Positions 45,844-55,411 of a DNA stretch of 58,959 nucleotides are shown here, piece by piece. The notes beneath the pieces are model-generated. The model was given only the letters and a program-made list of their open reading frames with translations, did no database searches and was not told the DNA's origin. This stretch comes from Longimicrobiales bacterium (lineage in GTDB: Bacteria > Gemmatimonadota > Gemmatimonadetes > Longimicrobiales > RSA9). The translations under genes were made by a program, and so were the position numbers. Each line of letters begins with the position of its first letter. Positions within the stretch are counted from its first letter, which is position 1. Location of the stretch: the NCBI GenBank assembly GCA_036563975.1, contig DATCLK010000025.1, forward strand, positions 1 to 58,959, in the 5' to 3' direction.

Positions 45844-48156
45844 ATGAGAGGGGTGCGGGGGCCGCGCGTCGCAGCACTGAGGCCGGACCGTCGTCCAGGC
45901 ATCGTGCCGGCTCCGGGCCACTGCCGGGCGCAGCGCCCGCTGCCGGCACCGGCGGCGGGCGCATTGCTGGCGCTGGCCGCGCTGCTGGCGCTGGCCGCGC
46001 CGCCGGCGCGCGCGCAGGAGCCCGGCCCGCCAGACGGCGAGCGCCGCGGCCCCGAGGTCGAGGACGTCGACTTCCCGGGCCGGAAGCGGCTGGACGAGCG
46101 GCTCCTCGAGGATGCGATCGTCACTCAGGAGACCGAGTGCCGCTCCGGCTGGCTCTGGGTGGTCTGCGAGCTCACGGACCTCGACTTCGCCGAGCGCAAG
46201 GCCTACCTGGACTCGGCGCAGCTCGAGCCGGACCGGAGGCGGTTGGAGGAGCTGTACCGCGCGTGGGGCTTCCCGGATGCACGCGTGGCCGTCCGGACCG
46301 TCCCGCGACCGGACGGGGACGTGGACGTCGAATTCCGCATCGAGGAAGGCGAGCCCATCCTCGTCCGGTCCGTGGAAGTCCTGGGTCTGGAAACGCTGAC
46401 GCCGCCGGTCCGGCTGCGCGAGCCGCTGCCGCTGCGGCCGGGCGACCCGTACGCCACGCCGTTGCTGGAGGCGTCCCAGCGCGTGCTCGCGGCAGCGTTC
46501 GCAGAGCGCGGCTACCCGTTCGCGCAGGTGGAGGTGGCAGGCGACGTGGACCAGGCGGCGCGCACGGCAGACGTCACGTTCCAGGTGACGCCGGGTCCGC
46601 CGGCGGTGTTCGGGCCGGTGACCGTCCGTGCCGAGCGGCCCATCCGCGAGGAGGACGTGCGCGCGCGGCTGACGTACCGGCCCGGCGAGCGGTTCCGCCT
46701 CTCGCGGCTCGAGGAGACGCGCGAGGCGCTGCTCGACCTCCCCGCGATCCGCACGGCGACCGTCGAGCCCGTCCAGGTACAGCTCCCGGACACCGCGATC
46801 CCCACCATCGTCACCGTCGCGCCGCCGGAGCGGCTCGAAGGGCTCTCGGTCGAGGGCAACATCTCGTCCGCGCGCTGCATCGAGGCGGCTGCGTACTGGC
46901 GCGACCTCTACTTCCGCGGCGAGCCGCGCGTCTTCTCGATCGGCGCCGGAGTCGGCAACCTGCTGGCCGGCACGCTCGGCGGCGACTTCCCGTGCGCGTC
47001 CGCGGGCGAGGGAGGCGAGGACTTCGACGACCCGAACTACTTCATCGAGGCAGAGCTCAGGCAGCCGTGGCGCGACGATCCCTGGACCTGGCTCACGTTC
47101 CGCGGATTCTTCGCTCGCGAGTCGGCGCCCCGCGCCTACGTGTGGCGCGGGTTCGGGGGAGAGGTCGTGGCCTCGCGGCGACTGCGGCGCGGGCTCGTCG
47201 CCTCGCTCGGCTACGCGCCCCAGCGCTTCGAGCTGGAGGGGAGCGGGCTGTACTTCTGCGGCAACTTCGGCGCGTGCACGCCCGCGGCCATCGAGCAGCT
47301 GGGCGACCCCTCATGGCTCGCACCCATCCGGGCAGACGTGCTGTGGACGCCCGAGGGGCCGCCCGGCCTGATCCTTCCGCCTGACCTGGACCAGACGTTC
47401 TTCGAGCGGCGCCTCCTCCGGCCGCGCTGGCGGCCATGGGCGCGCGCCGACTTCCGCACGGCGGGCGCGGTCACCGGCTCGGAGTTCGGCTTCGCACGCG
47501 GCCTCATCGAGGCGGCGACGACGCGCGCCATCGGCGTGCGCTTCGAGGTCGCCGGCCGCACCCGGCTCGGCCTGCTCGCGGCGGGCGACGACGACCTGCC
47601 GCCCCAGCTCCGCTTCTACAGCGGCGGCGGCAGCACGGTGCGCGGCGCATCGCACAACCTGCTCGGCCCCAAGTTCCTCATCACTTCGCCGGAGAACGCC
47701 GTCCTGCTCGGGTGCGCGCTCGAGACCGGCGGCTGTCCGGCGGGCCTGATCGTGGACCGGGACGACGTCGTTGCCCGGCCCACGGGCGGCGACCTGCTGT
47801 GGGAGGCGAACCTCGAGGGCCGCGCGTGGCTCACCGAGCGCGTGCAGCTCGCGGCGTTCGCGGATTACGGCGTGCTGGTGCGGCAGTGGCTCAGCGGCCC
47901 CGGCACGCCCGGAGACCCCTCTGAGAGCCAGTCGCTGCTCACGCCCGGCGTCGGCGTGCGCGTGCTCACGCCGCTGGGCGCGGTGCGGCTCGATGCGGCG
48001 TACAACCCCGAGGGCGCCCACGTCTACCCGCTCTTCACCGAGGACCCGGAGACGGGCGACATCATCTTCCTCGGCAACGTGGTCTACGACCGGTACCGGG
48101 GCGAGGGGTTCTTCGGGCGGGTGCGGCTGCACCTAAGTCTCGGGCAGGTCTTCTGA
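45844..48156 (+). CDS. Omp85/BamA-family outer-membrane protein (POTRA repeats plus D15 surface-antigen barrel)
   Basis: Signal peptide ...ALLALAALLALAAPPARAQE. POTRA-like repeats. C-terminal barrel with alternating hydrophobic pattern ending ...HLSLGQVF. ATG at 45844. Confidence 0.8.
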   Translation: MRGVRGPRVAALRPDRRPGIVPAPGHCRAQRPLPAPAAGALLALAALLALAAPPARAQEPGPPDGERRGPEVEDVDFPGRKRLDERLLEDAIVTQETECRSGWLWVVCELTDLDFAERKAYLDSAQLEPDRRRLEELYRAWGFPDARVAVRTVPRPDGDVDVEFRIEEGEPILVRSVEVLGLETLTPPVRLREPLPLRPGDPYATPLLEASQRVLAAAFAERGYPFAQVEVAGDVDQAARTADVTFQVTPGPPAVFGPVTVRAERPIREEDVRARLTYRPGERFRLSRLEETREALLDLPAIRTATVEPVQVQLPDTAIPTIVTVAPPERLEGLSVEGNISSARCIEAAAYWRDLYFRGEPRVFSIGAGVGNLLAGTLGGDFPCASAGEGGEDFDDPNYFIEAELRQPWRDDPWTWLTFRGFFARESAPRAYVWRGFGGEVVASRRLRRGLVASLGYAPQRFELEGSGLYFCGNFGACTPAAIEQLGDPSWLAPIRADVLWTPEGPPGLILPPDLDQTFFERRLLRPRWRPWARADFRTAGAVTGSEFGFARGLIEAATTRAIGVRFEVAGRTRLGLLAAGDDDLPPQLRFYSGGGSTVRGASHNLLGPKFLITSPENAVLLGCALETGGCPAGLIVDRDDVVARPTGGDLLWEANLEGRAWLTERVQLAAFADYGVLVRQWLSGPGTPGDPSESQSLLTPGVGVRVLTPLGAVRLDAAYNPEGAHVYPLFTEDPETGDIIFLGNVVYDRYRGEGFFGRVRLHLSLGQVF

Positions 48157-48160
48157 GGGG

Positions 48161-48221
48161 ACGAGTACGAGTTACGAGTACGAGTACGAGTACGAGTACG
48201 AGTACGAGTACGAGTACGACG
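48161..48221. repeat. hexanucleotide microsatellite, about 10 units of ACGAGT/GAGTAC with one 1-nt interruption
   Basis: Direct reading: acgagtacgagt t acgagt x7 acgacg. Begins 5 nt after the Omp85 stop codon. Confidence 0.9.
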
Positions 48222-48427
48222 AGCCGCGCCAACTGTTTGGTTCATCCATCCGCACATTAGATGACCGCTAGGCCGCATCCCGTCGGACTGGCCGGGGCGC
48301 GGCGCCAGTTGTTTCCTTGATCCATCGGTACGGCCTGCAACATTGTTGGTTAGGGCGCTCGGCGACGTGCCGGGGGCCGAGGCCGCGACGTTCTTCGTAG
48401 ACCGACCCACCGATCCGGAGGGCAGCC

Positions 48428-48949
48428 ATGCGACGCAGCTTTTGCCTCCTGTTGGGCGGGCTCTTCTTCGCGGCAGCGTGCGGGGGAGATGATCCGCTGT
48501 CACCGCGGGATCTGGCTGGCGTGTACGAGCTAGTCGCCGTGGACGGCTCCAGCCTGCCGTACACGCTCGAGACGGGCTTCGAATGCACGACGGGGACCGG
48601 CGCGGCCGGCGTCGGTGAAAGGGTGCTGATCAGCGGCTCGCTGTCGATTCGTCCGGACGGCTTTAACGTCTTCGAGCTCCATTTCAGGAGCAGCTGCACT
48701 CCGCCGGGGCACATCGGCGAAGTAGAGGAGTGGGGCCAGCTCTCGAACGGCCCGGTGAAGCTCTCCGGCAATCGCATCACGCTTCTTAGCCAGTTCCTCG
48801 ACCAGACGCCCCGGGAGGTGGGAGCCGGCACCGTTCGTGGTGACGAGATCACGGTCACCGTGACGGACGAGAATTGGGAGCCGTACACCTTCACGTACAC
48901 GTTCCGCAAGACGCAGGAAGAGGTGGAGCTGAGCCAGCAGCCGTGGTGA
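48428..48949 (+). CDS. lipoprotein, hypothetical
   Basis: Start MRRSFCLLLGGLFFAAACGG, with lipobox AAC. Protein-like, with four Cys. Preceded by a comparatively AT-rich region of about 200 bp. Confidence 0.6.
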   Translation: MRRSFCLLLGGLFFAAACGGDDPLSPRDLAGVYELVAVDGSSLPYTLETGFECTTGTGAAGVGERVLISGSLSIRPDGFNVFELHFRSSCTPPGHIGEVEEWGQLSNGPVKLSGNRITLLSQFLDQTPREVGAGTVRGDEITVTVTDENWEPYTFTYTFRKTQEEVELSQQPW

Positions 48950-48983
48950 CGACGCCCGCCTCGGTCCCGCCCGGGAACTGACG

Positions 48984-49889
48984 ATGCCGCGTAACCCCTG
49001 GCTCGCGGCACTGCTGAGTCTCCTGACTCCGGGGCTCGGCCAGGTCTACAACGGCCGGATGGCGAAGGGGCTCCTGCTGCACGGTACGCTCCTGGCGGCA
49101 TCGGCCGCCGCCGGGCTCTGGATGCTGCTCGTGCCCGGCGCGATCCCTGGCGTGCTGGCCCCGCTCGCCCTGCTTCTCCTCGTGTGGGGCTGCATCCTCG
49201 CCGACGCAGTCCGGGATGCACGGCGAACGGGCAGGAGCTTCCGGCCGAGGGCCTACAATCGCTGGTATGTCTACGCCGCGCTCGTGCTGCTGAGCGGTTT
49301 CGTCGTCGACCCGGTGCGGGCAGCGGCGTTCCGGCGGTTTATCTACGAAAGCTTCCGGATCACGGGCGCATCGATGGCTCCCACGCTCCTTCCGGGCGAT
49401 TTCGTCATGGTGGCGACGCGCGGTTTCGATGCGGGCGCCCTCTCCAGAGGGGACCTGATCGTCTTCCCCGGCCCGCACGAGCCGGGGAGGAAGCTCGTGA
49501 GCCGGGTGGTCGGCATTGCGGGGGACACGCTGCGCATGGAAAACAAGCGGCTCTACGTGAATGGGGTGACCCCCGAGGAGCCCTACATCCAGCACGTCGA
49601 TGCAGGGCGCGACGTCTTCGTGCCCGCGATGCTGTGGCAGCGAGGGCACGTGGCTGCGGGCGTGGACACGGCCGGTTACCGGCCGACCCGCGATGACTGG
49701 GGCCCGCTGATCGTTCCGCACGGCCACGTCTTCGTCCTGGGCGACAACCGCGACGCCGCGCTCGACTCGCGCGACTACGGGTTCATCCCTGCAGAGAGCG
49801 TCGTCGGACGGCCGAAGCGTCTTTATCTCTCGTGGGATGCGGAAGCACGCCGGATCCGGTGGGAGCGGATCGGCCAGGACATCCGTTGA
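48984..49889 (+). CDS. lepB: signal peptidase I with N-terminal extra TM region
   Basis: Catalytic Ser box GASMAPTL. Lys box in RGDLIVF. Conserved GDNRDAALDSRDYGFIP. Confidence 0.85.
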   Translation: MPRNPWLAALLSLLTPGLGQVYNGRMAKGLLLHGTLLAASAAAGLWMLLVPGAIPGVLAPLALLLLVWGCILADAVRDARRTGRSFRPRAYNRWYVYAALVLLSGFVVDPVRAAAFRRFIYESFRITGASMAPTLLPGDFVMVATRGFDAGALSRGDLIVFPGPHEPGRKLVSRVVGIAGDTLRMENKRLYVNGVTPEEPYIQHVDAGRDVFVPAMLWQRGHVAAGVDTAGYRPTRDDWGPLIVPHGHVFVLGDNRDAALDSRDYGFIPAESVVGRPKRLYLSWDAEARRIRWERIGQDIR

Positions 49890-49936
49890 TCGACGCGGCG
49901 CGCGTCGGAAGCCGCAGCCCGCCGCCGCTGCCGCGC

Positions 49937-50152
49937 CTACCCTCCCAGCCGCGCCTCGAACCCCTCGGCGCGCAGGATCGCGAGCAGCTCGTCCGTCGTG
50001 GTCTCGTCATCGTCGAAGTCGACCTCGGCGCAGGCTGCCTCGCGGCTGGCGACGGCGGCCAGGACGCCGCGCGCGCGGGTGAGGGCGCGCTCGACGCGCG
50101 CCTCGTCCTCCGGGCTGCGCAGCCCGCTCACGCACAGGAGGGCCGTCGGCAT
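49937..50152 (-). CDS. small ferredoxin-like/HMA-like protein lacking the CxxC metal site
   Basis: 71-aa start MPTALLCVSGLRSPEDEARVERAL...AEVDFD...ELLAILRAEGFEA has the HMA fold pattern but no MxCxxC. GGAGG RBS. ATG at 50150-50152. The upstream part of the track ORF is junk. Confidence 0.45.
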   Translation of the reverse strand: MPTALLCVSGLRSPEDEARVERALTRARGVLAAVASREAACAEVDFDDDETTTDELLAILRAEGFEARLGG

Positions 50153-50166
50153 GCCACCTCCCTGTC

Positions 50167-51219
50167 TCACCGGATCACATCCAGCCGGCCGCCCAGCCCG
50201 AGATAGACGTACGCGTCCGCCACATCCCGGAGGCGGTAGCCGCTCGGCAGGATCTCGAGGTTGATGCCCGGGCCGGTGCTCTCGTAGAACGGCTCGCGCA
50301 GGAAGTCGAAGCGTTCGTCCACGTGGAGCGCGAAGGGCGCCGGCACGCCGCTGAGGCGGGCGCGGAACAGGTCGAAGACGCGCGTCGCGCCGTAGGACTT
50401 GATCTCGCCGAACGCGGCTGCGAGCGGGGAGCCGTCCAGCAGGATCGTGTAGACGTCGGCGAGGCGGCGCTCCCTCAGCCGGGTCGCGAGCCACGTCACC
50501 TTCGCGGGTGGCCCGCCGCCGAAGTGCAGCTCCGCGCCGCCTGATTTGATGCCGTGGTAGCCTCCCATGAACAGGAGGACGCGCGCGTGCGGCCGGCGCG
50601 CGAAGACTTCGCGCTCGAGGCGCTCGGCCATGTAGGCGTCGCGGCGCGCGTAGAGGGCCGCGGAGGCGTGGGGCGGGAGCGGCCGGGGCGGCGGCCAGCC
50701 GGGCAGGTCCGCCGCCATCACGTGGATGTGGCGGCCGGGCCCCAGCACGCGATTCAGCCGCCAGACCGTGCGGTAGATCTCGAGGTAGTCCGTGGATGCG
50801 CCCCAGTGCTGGCGCAGCGTGCGCGGATTGGCGATGAGGATGGACGGGTCCTCCGGATCGCTGGCGAGATAGGCGTCGATGGCGTGCTGCTGGTCCGAGC
50901 TCACCTCGAGGACGACGAGGTCGAGGCCCGGGCCACGCGCCAGCTCACCGATCAGCTCGGCGGCGATGCGCTTGGGCTGCGCCGCGGGGTGCACGTCGCC
51001 CAGGAACAGCACGCGGTGCGTCCGCGCGGCCGCGAGCGCCAGGGCGATCGGGTCCGTCCGCGCAGTGCGCGCGTACTGGAGCAGCGCCTCGGCGGCCTCT
51101 CGGTCGCTCCGGCGCTGGATCAGCGCGGCTGTCCCGATGCAGGCGACGAGCACGAGCACGCCCGCGATCCCCCCGAAGCCCAGTCCGGCCGCGCGCTCCG
51201 CCTTCCAGGCCGACCCCAT
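50167..51219 (-). CDS. membrane-anchored ChaN-like protein (Tiki/TraB/ChaN superfamily, putative)
   Basis: Start MGSAWKAERAAGLGFGGIAGVLVLVACIGTAAL, a TM anchor. The block HRVLFLGDVHPAAQ...LVVLEVSSDQQHAIDAY resembles the ChaN haem-binding family GExH...E..Q pattern. Confidence 0.5.
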   Translation of the reverse strand: MGSAWKAERAAGLGFGGIAGVLVLVACIGTAALIQRRSDREAAEALLQYARTARTDPIALALAAARTHRVLFLGDVHPAAQPKRIAAELIGELARGPGLDLVVLEVSSDQQHAIDAYLASDPEDPSILIANPRTLRQHWGASTDYLEIYRTVWRLNRVLGPGRHIHVMAADLPGWPPPRPLPPHASAALYARRDAYMAERLEREVFARRPHARVLLFMGGYHGIKSGGAELHFGGGPPAKVTWLATRLRERRLADVYTILLDGSPLAAAFGEIKSYGATRVFDLFRARLSGVPAPFALHVDERFDFLREPFYESTGPGINLEILPSGYRLRDVADAYVYLGLGGRLDVIR

Positions 51220-51363
51220 GCGCCCTCCCGGTCCCGGTGGCCCCGCTCGCCTGCAGGGCGTTGCAACCACCGGACCGGGGCGCGGCGCTTGCCAGCCCTG
51301 TCTCCGGCGCAGAACATTGGTCCCCTCGCCGGTCCAGCCCGTTTGCCGACCCCCGGAGGCCCC

Positions 51364-52494
51364 ATGCTCGCCAGCCCCGCCACGCGATCCCTGATCCCCG
51401 CCCTCGGCGCCCTGCTCGTGCTGGCGCCCTCGAGCGCCGCGCAAGCGCAGGGCGGCGCAGGCGAGGCCGATGCGCGGACGCGCATGGGCACCGCGCCGCT
51501 GCTGCGGATCGAGACCACCGGCGGCGAGCTGGTCCGCGGCCGGCCGGTCGGCTGGGCGGCTGATTGGCTCCTGCTCCGGGACGGCCGTCGCATCGCGTTC
51601 AACGAGATCGCGCGCGCCGAGGCCCTGCGGCCGCGCACCGGCGAGGGCGCGCGCTGGGGGGCGGTGATCGGCGCAGCGGTCGGCACGGGCCTGCTGCTCG
51701 CGTCGGGCGGGGAAGAAGGCGTCAGCGCAGCCGAGGGCGTGCTGTACGTGAGCGGCGGGACGCTCCTGGGCGTGGCGGCCGGCGCGCTGTTGGGCTCGCG
51801 GCTGCACCGCCGGGAGCTGATCTATACGGCATCACCCGCCGGTGCACCCGCGCAACAGGCGGGGCTGATCGAACACCGGCTGGGTGGCAGCCCGGGCGCC
51901 GTACGGACCACCCTCGCCGTCACGCCGTTCGTGGGCATCGGCAGCCACGGGACCCGCACCACCACGGCCGAGGGCGGCGAGGTCGGGATCAGCAGCTCGC
52001 AGGAAATGGGGGTCCAGGTCCAGTACGCCCTGGGGCCCCGTTCGGCGGTCCGCCTGGGCGGCTCCGCGATCCGCACCGCCGTGGAGCTGGGGTCCGGCAG
52101 CAATCGCACCATCCTGAACGACAGGATGTGGCTCGCCCGCGCCGAGCTCGGCCTCGAGCTCCGCATGCGCTCCAACGTGCCGGGCTACCTCGTGCTGGCC
52201 GTCGATGCGTTCTACAACCCGCACGGGTACATCCCGGTGCTGGACGTCGAGAGCGGCCGTCTCGAGCCGGACGGCATCGACGCCGGCGTCATGCCCCGCA
52301 TCGGCGCCGGGCTGGGCTTCGATCTCTTCATGGCCGGCGACCGCCGGATCCGCTTCGAGGGGATCTACCGCGTAGGGCGCTACTCCGCCCCGGAGGTCGA
52401 AGCCAGGGGCTTCGATCCGACGCGCATCACCCGGGACGCCACGATCACCGTGGGCGTCCACTTCCCGCTCGTGCGTCCGGCGCCGCAGCGGTGA
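51364..52494 (+). CDS. secreted hypothetical protein, possible outer-membrane beta-barrel
   Basis: Signal peptide MLASPATRSLIPALGALLVLAPSSAAQAQG. Gly/Thr/Ser-rich with alternating hydrophobic patterns. ATG at 51364. Confidence 0.55.
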   Translation: MLASPATRSLIPALGALLVLAPSSAAQAQGGAGEADARTRMGTAPLLRIETTGGELVRGRPVGWAADWLLLRDGRRIAFNEIARAEALRPRTGEGARWGAVIGAAVGTGLLLASGGEEGVSAAEGVLYVSGGTLLGVAAGALLGSRLHRRELIYTASPAGAPAQQAGLIEHRLGGSPGAVRTTLAVTPFVGIGSHGTRTTTAEGGEVGISSSQEMGVQVQYALGPRSAVRLGGSAIRTAVELGSGSNRTILNDRMWLARAELGLELRMRSNVPGYLVLAVDAFYNPHGYIPVLDVESGRLEPDGIDAGVMPRIGAGLGFDLFMAGDRRIRFEGIYRVGRYSAPEVEARGFDPTRITRDATITVGVHFPLVRPAPQR

Positions 52495-52625
52495 GCTTTG
52501 GCGCAGGGGCGGCGCGCCGTCCGGCGCGCCGCGGAGTCAGGCCGGGGCCCGCACGCGCCCGAGCGGTCAGGCTCCGCCGCAGCCCGGGGGCGGCGCGGCC
52601 CGGTCGGGCCGTCGCCCGCGCGGCC

Positions 52626-53015
52626 TCAATGCTCCGAAGCGGGAGCAGCCGCCATGCGGCCGAGCGCCTCGAGGACCCTGGCTCGTAGATCGTCCAGGGC
52701 GAACGGCTTCTGGAGAAAGACGGTCGTCGGCGAGACGTCTTCATCCAGATCCGATTCGAGCGCGCCGGTGATCGCGACGAAGGCGGCCGGCGGCTTGATG
52801 TTACAGCAGATGCGCTCGAGCGTGAGGCCGGAGCCGTCTCCCAGCATCACGTCCGAGACGACGACATCGAACCTGCGGCTGAGGAGCTGATCGGCTGCCT
52901 CGGCGTAAGACTTTGCCTCGACAACGGTCGCGCCCTGGCGGCGCAGGTACATGGTCAGGGCGCGCCGGACGGCGTCCTCGTCGTCCACCATTAGGACGGA
53001 GACGCCGGAGAGCAT
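52626..53015 (-). CDS. stand-alone response-regulator receiver domain (CheY-like)
   Basis: Start MLSGVSVLMVDDEDAVRRAL. A phospho-acceptor Asp is plausible in FDVVVSDVMLGDGSG. 129 aa. Confidence 0.75.
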   Translation of the reverse strand: MLSGVSVLMVDDEDAVRRALTMYLRRQGATVVEAKSYAEAADQLLSRRFDVVVSDVMLGDGSGLTLERICCNIKPPAAFVAITGALESDLDEDVSPTTVFLQKPFALDDLRARVLEALGRMAAAPASEH

Positions 53016-53428
53016 ACGCGGACCGGCGGGACTCACGGCCGGCCCGGGCTCGGGGTCGAGGTGCACGCAGCGTCGCGGAGCACCGAAACCTCTCCCGTCA
53101 GGAATACGATTTGTTGTGCCGTAGGGGCACGTTTTTTCTCCCTTGTATACGAACTCGTGTCCCGTGTCAAGAGCCACCGGCGAGGCCGCGCGCCCCGGCG
53201 CCCGCCCTGCCCGCCCCCACCCGGCCGCCCCGATCGCCGGTCGGGGCCGGCGGGCCGGGGCGGCGGGCAACTGGAATCCATAAACGAAGGCGCCGGGACG
53301 CCCCCGGCCAGGCGGCCGGGCGACCCGGGACGCCGGCGGCCACCCGGGGCGGGACGTGCCCGGACCGTTGCCGCAGGCGCCTCCCGGATTTACATTTGAT
53401 CGCTGCAAACCCACACCAAGGAGGACCG

Positions 53429-53626
53429 GTGGACGATAGTGTGGCCAGGGACGCCAAGCGGCTGCTCCTGCGCTATGGCGCGCCCATCGCGGTCGTGGAC
53501 CAGCTCACGGACGATGAGCGCATTTCCGTGGCGCGTGACATGATCCGCACGTCTGTCGCAGATCGCCCCGCTCGGCTGCGAGAGCTGCTCAGCGAGGGCG
53601 GCTGGATGGATAGCCAGGGCCGGTAG
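53429..53626 (+). CDS. hypothetical small protein (65 aa)
   Basis: AAGGAGG RBS 7 nt upstream of the GTG at 53429. Protein-like composition. Canonical terminator 30 nt downstream. Confidence 0.5.
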   Translation: MDDSVARDAKRLLLRYGAPIAVVDQLTDDERISVARDMIRTSVADRPARLRELLSEGGWMDSQGR

Positions 53627-53656
53627 GCCCCCCACCACCTCCGACCTGCTACGGAT

Positions 53657-53690
53657 CCGCCCCGGCTGTGGCCGGGGCGGATTTCTTTTC
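53657..53690 (+). terminator. rho-independent terminator
   Basis: Stems ccgccccggc / gccggggcgg around the loop tgtg, followed by ATTTCTTTTCC. Confidence 0.65.
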
Positions 53691-53818
53691 CGTCGGGGGG
53701 ACCGTCGCAGCCGTGGCCGCCCCGCCCCGGAGCGCGGCGCCCGGAGCGACATCAGTCGGCGCAGCTCCGGACCGCGACGTGGCAGCCCTGGCCGCGCCCC
53801 GGCCGAGGGCCGGCGCCC

Positions 53819-55411
53819 TCAGGCGAAGGCGGCCAGCAGCGTGTACAGCACGACGCTGATCCCCGCCGCGGCGCTGGCCAGGGGGAGCTGCGTCGTCACG
53901 TGGTCCATCAGGTCCGATCCGGTCGCGACCGCGCTGAGGATGGTGGTGTCGGAGATCGGCGAGCACTGGTCGCCCCAGACGCTGCCGCCGACCACGGCGC
54001 CGAAGCAGAGCGTCAGGAAAAAGGGATCGTTCGGCTGCACGGCCCACGCGAGCGGCATCGCGATGGGGAAGAAGACGGCGTAGGTGCCGAACGAGGTCCC
54101 GGTGGAGAACGAGATGGCCATGGTGATGAGCATGAACAACGCCGGCAGCACCACGGGGCTGAGCGCCTCGGCGGTCAGCTCCACGATGTAGGCGGCGGTG
54201 CCCAGGGAGCGGGAGACCTCGCCGAGCGTGACCGCGAGGCCGAGGATGATCGCGCCGATGGTCACGCCCTTGGCGCCGTCGATGAAGCCGTCCACCGCGT
54301 CCTGGAGGCTCATGCCCTTGAGCAGCGCGAGGACGATGGCGCTGAGCACGGAGAGGCCGAACGCCTCCGCGATCGGGACGCTGATGCGCGAGATGTCGCC
54401 GGCCAGCAGCGCCGGGACCACGCCTGTCGCGGCGACGCCGATCAGGATGCCCAGCGGGAGCACGAAGTCCGCGAGGCCGGTGGGGTAGCCCCGTGGAACG
54501 CGGAGCGTGGTCAGCTCTTCGGAGCTGAGCGGGCGCGCGCCCGGCGCGTTCAGCTCGCCCGTCGCGCGCGAGCGCAGCCGCGCCATGCGCATCTTCCGAC
54601 CCTCCCACGGCAGCAGGTCGAGCGCGAAGAGCAGCGTGCTGAACACCGCGAGGATCGAGTAGAAGTTGAACGGCACGGCGCGGAAGAAGAAGCTGATGGC
54701 GTCCTGCTCGGTGGCGAACAGGGGCGTCGTGCCCACCACGAGCCCGGCGACGTAGATCGGCCACGCGTTGAGCGGGATGATGCTCGCGACGGGCGAGGCG
54801 GTCGAGTCCACGATGTACGAGAGCTCCTCGTGGCTGACGCGCTCGCGGTCGGTCACGGGGCGCACGGTCGTGCCGGCGAGGATGGTGGAGATCGTGCCGC
54901 CCTGGTGGAAGACGATGCCCATGAACCATGCGAAGAACGCGGCGCTGCGCGGCCCACGCACCATGCGCTGGCCGGCCCACTCGGCGAAGTACTTCGCGCC
55001 GCCGGTCCGCGTCCAAAGGCCGATCAGCCCGCCCAGGCACCAGAGGTAGACGAGCAGGATGATCGCGTAGGATTGGCTGCCGATCGCGGGCAGCAGGTAC
55101 GCGTCGATGATGTTGTAGTTGGCACTGACCAGCCCGCCGATGACGATTCCGAGGAATAGCGAGCTCACGACTTCGCGGGTGACGAACACCAGCGTGAGCG
55201 TGACCAGGGCCGGCAGCACGGAGCCGAAGCCGTAGTGCGCGGCGCCTTCTGGCCGCTCGCCGCCGAGCGTGAGCGCGAGCACGATGGCAGCGGCGGTGAT
55301 CACCACGCCGAGCGCCTTTCGACGGCGGCCGGACGCAGGCGATACCGGTGCGGGCTGGCCCTCGACGCCGAGGGTCTCAGACAGCGTCGTCGTCGGGGTC
55401 GTATTCGACAT
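53819..55411 (-). CDS. nhaC: NhaC-family Na+/H+ antiporter
   Basis: Start MSNTTPTTTLSETLG. Twelve-plus TM helices with NhaC-like blocks (GAKGVTIGAIILGLAV, SPISDTTILSAVATGSDLMDHV). ATG at 55409-55411. Confidence 0.9.
   Translation of the reverse strand: MSNTTPTTTLSETLGVEGQPAPVSPASGRRRKALGVVITAAAIVLALTLGGERPEGAAHYGFGSVLPALVTLTLVFVTREVVSSLFLGIVIGGLVSANYNIIDAYLLPAIGSQSYAIILLVYLWCLGGLIGLWTRTGGAKYFAEWAGQRMVRGPRSAAFFAWFMGIVFHQGGTISTILAGTTVRPVTDRERVSHEELSYIVDSTASPVASIIPLNAWPIYVAGLVVGTTPLFATEQDAISFFFRAVPFNFYSILAVFSTLLFALDLLPWEGRKMRMARLRSRATGELNAPGARPLSSEELTTLRVPRGYPTGLADFVLPLGILIGVAATGVVPALLAGDISRISVPIAEAFGLSVLSAIVLALLKGMSLQDAVDGFIDGAKGVTIGAIILGLAVTLGEVSRSLGTAAYIVELTAEALSPVVLPALFMLITMAISFSTGTSFGTYAVFFPIAMPLAWAVQPNDPFFLTLCFGAVVGGSVWGDQCSPISDTTILSAVATGSDLMDHVTTQLPLASAAAGISVVLYTLLAAFA

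Noticed and set aside
53116-53140. Palindrome GTGCC-GTAGG-GGCAC followed by GTTTTTTCTC upstream of the response-regulator gene
   Set aside because: The 5-bp stem is too short for a confident terminator, and there is no upstream plus-strand gene to terminate. It could be an operator, but a single occurrence is not enough to call.
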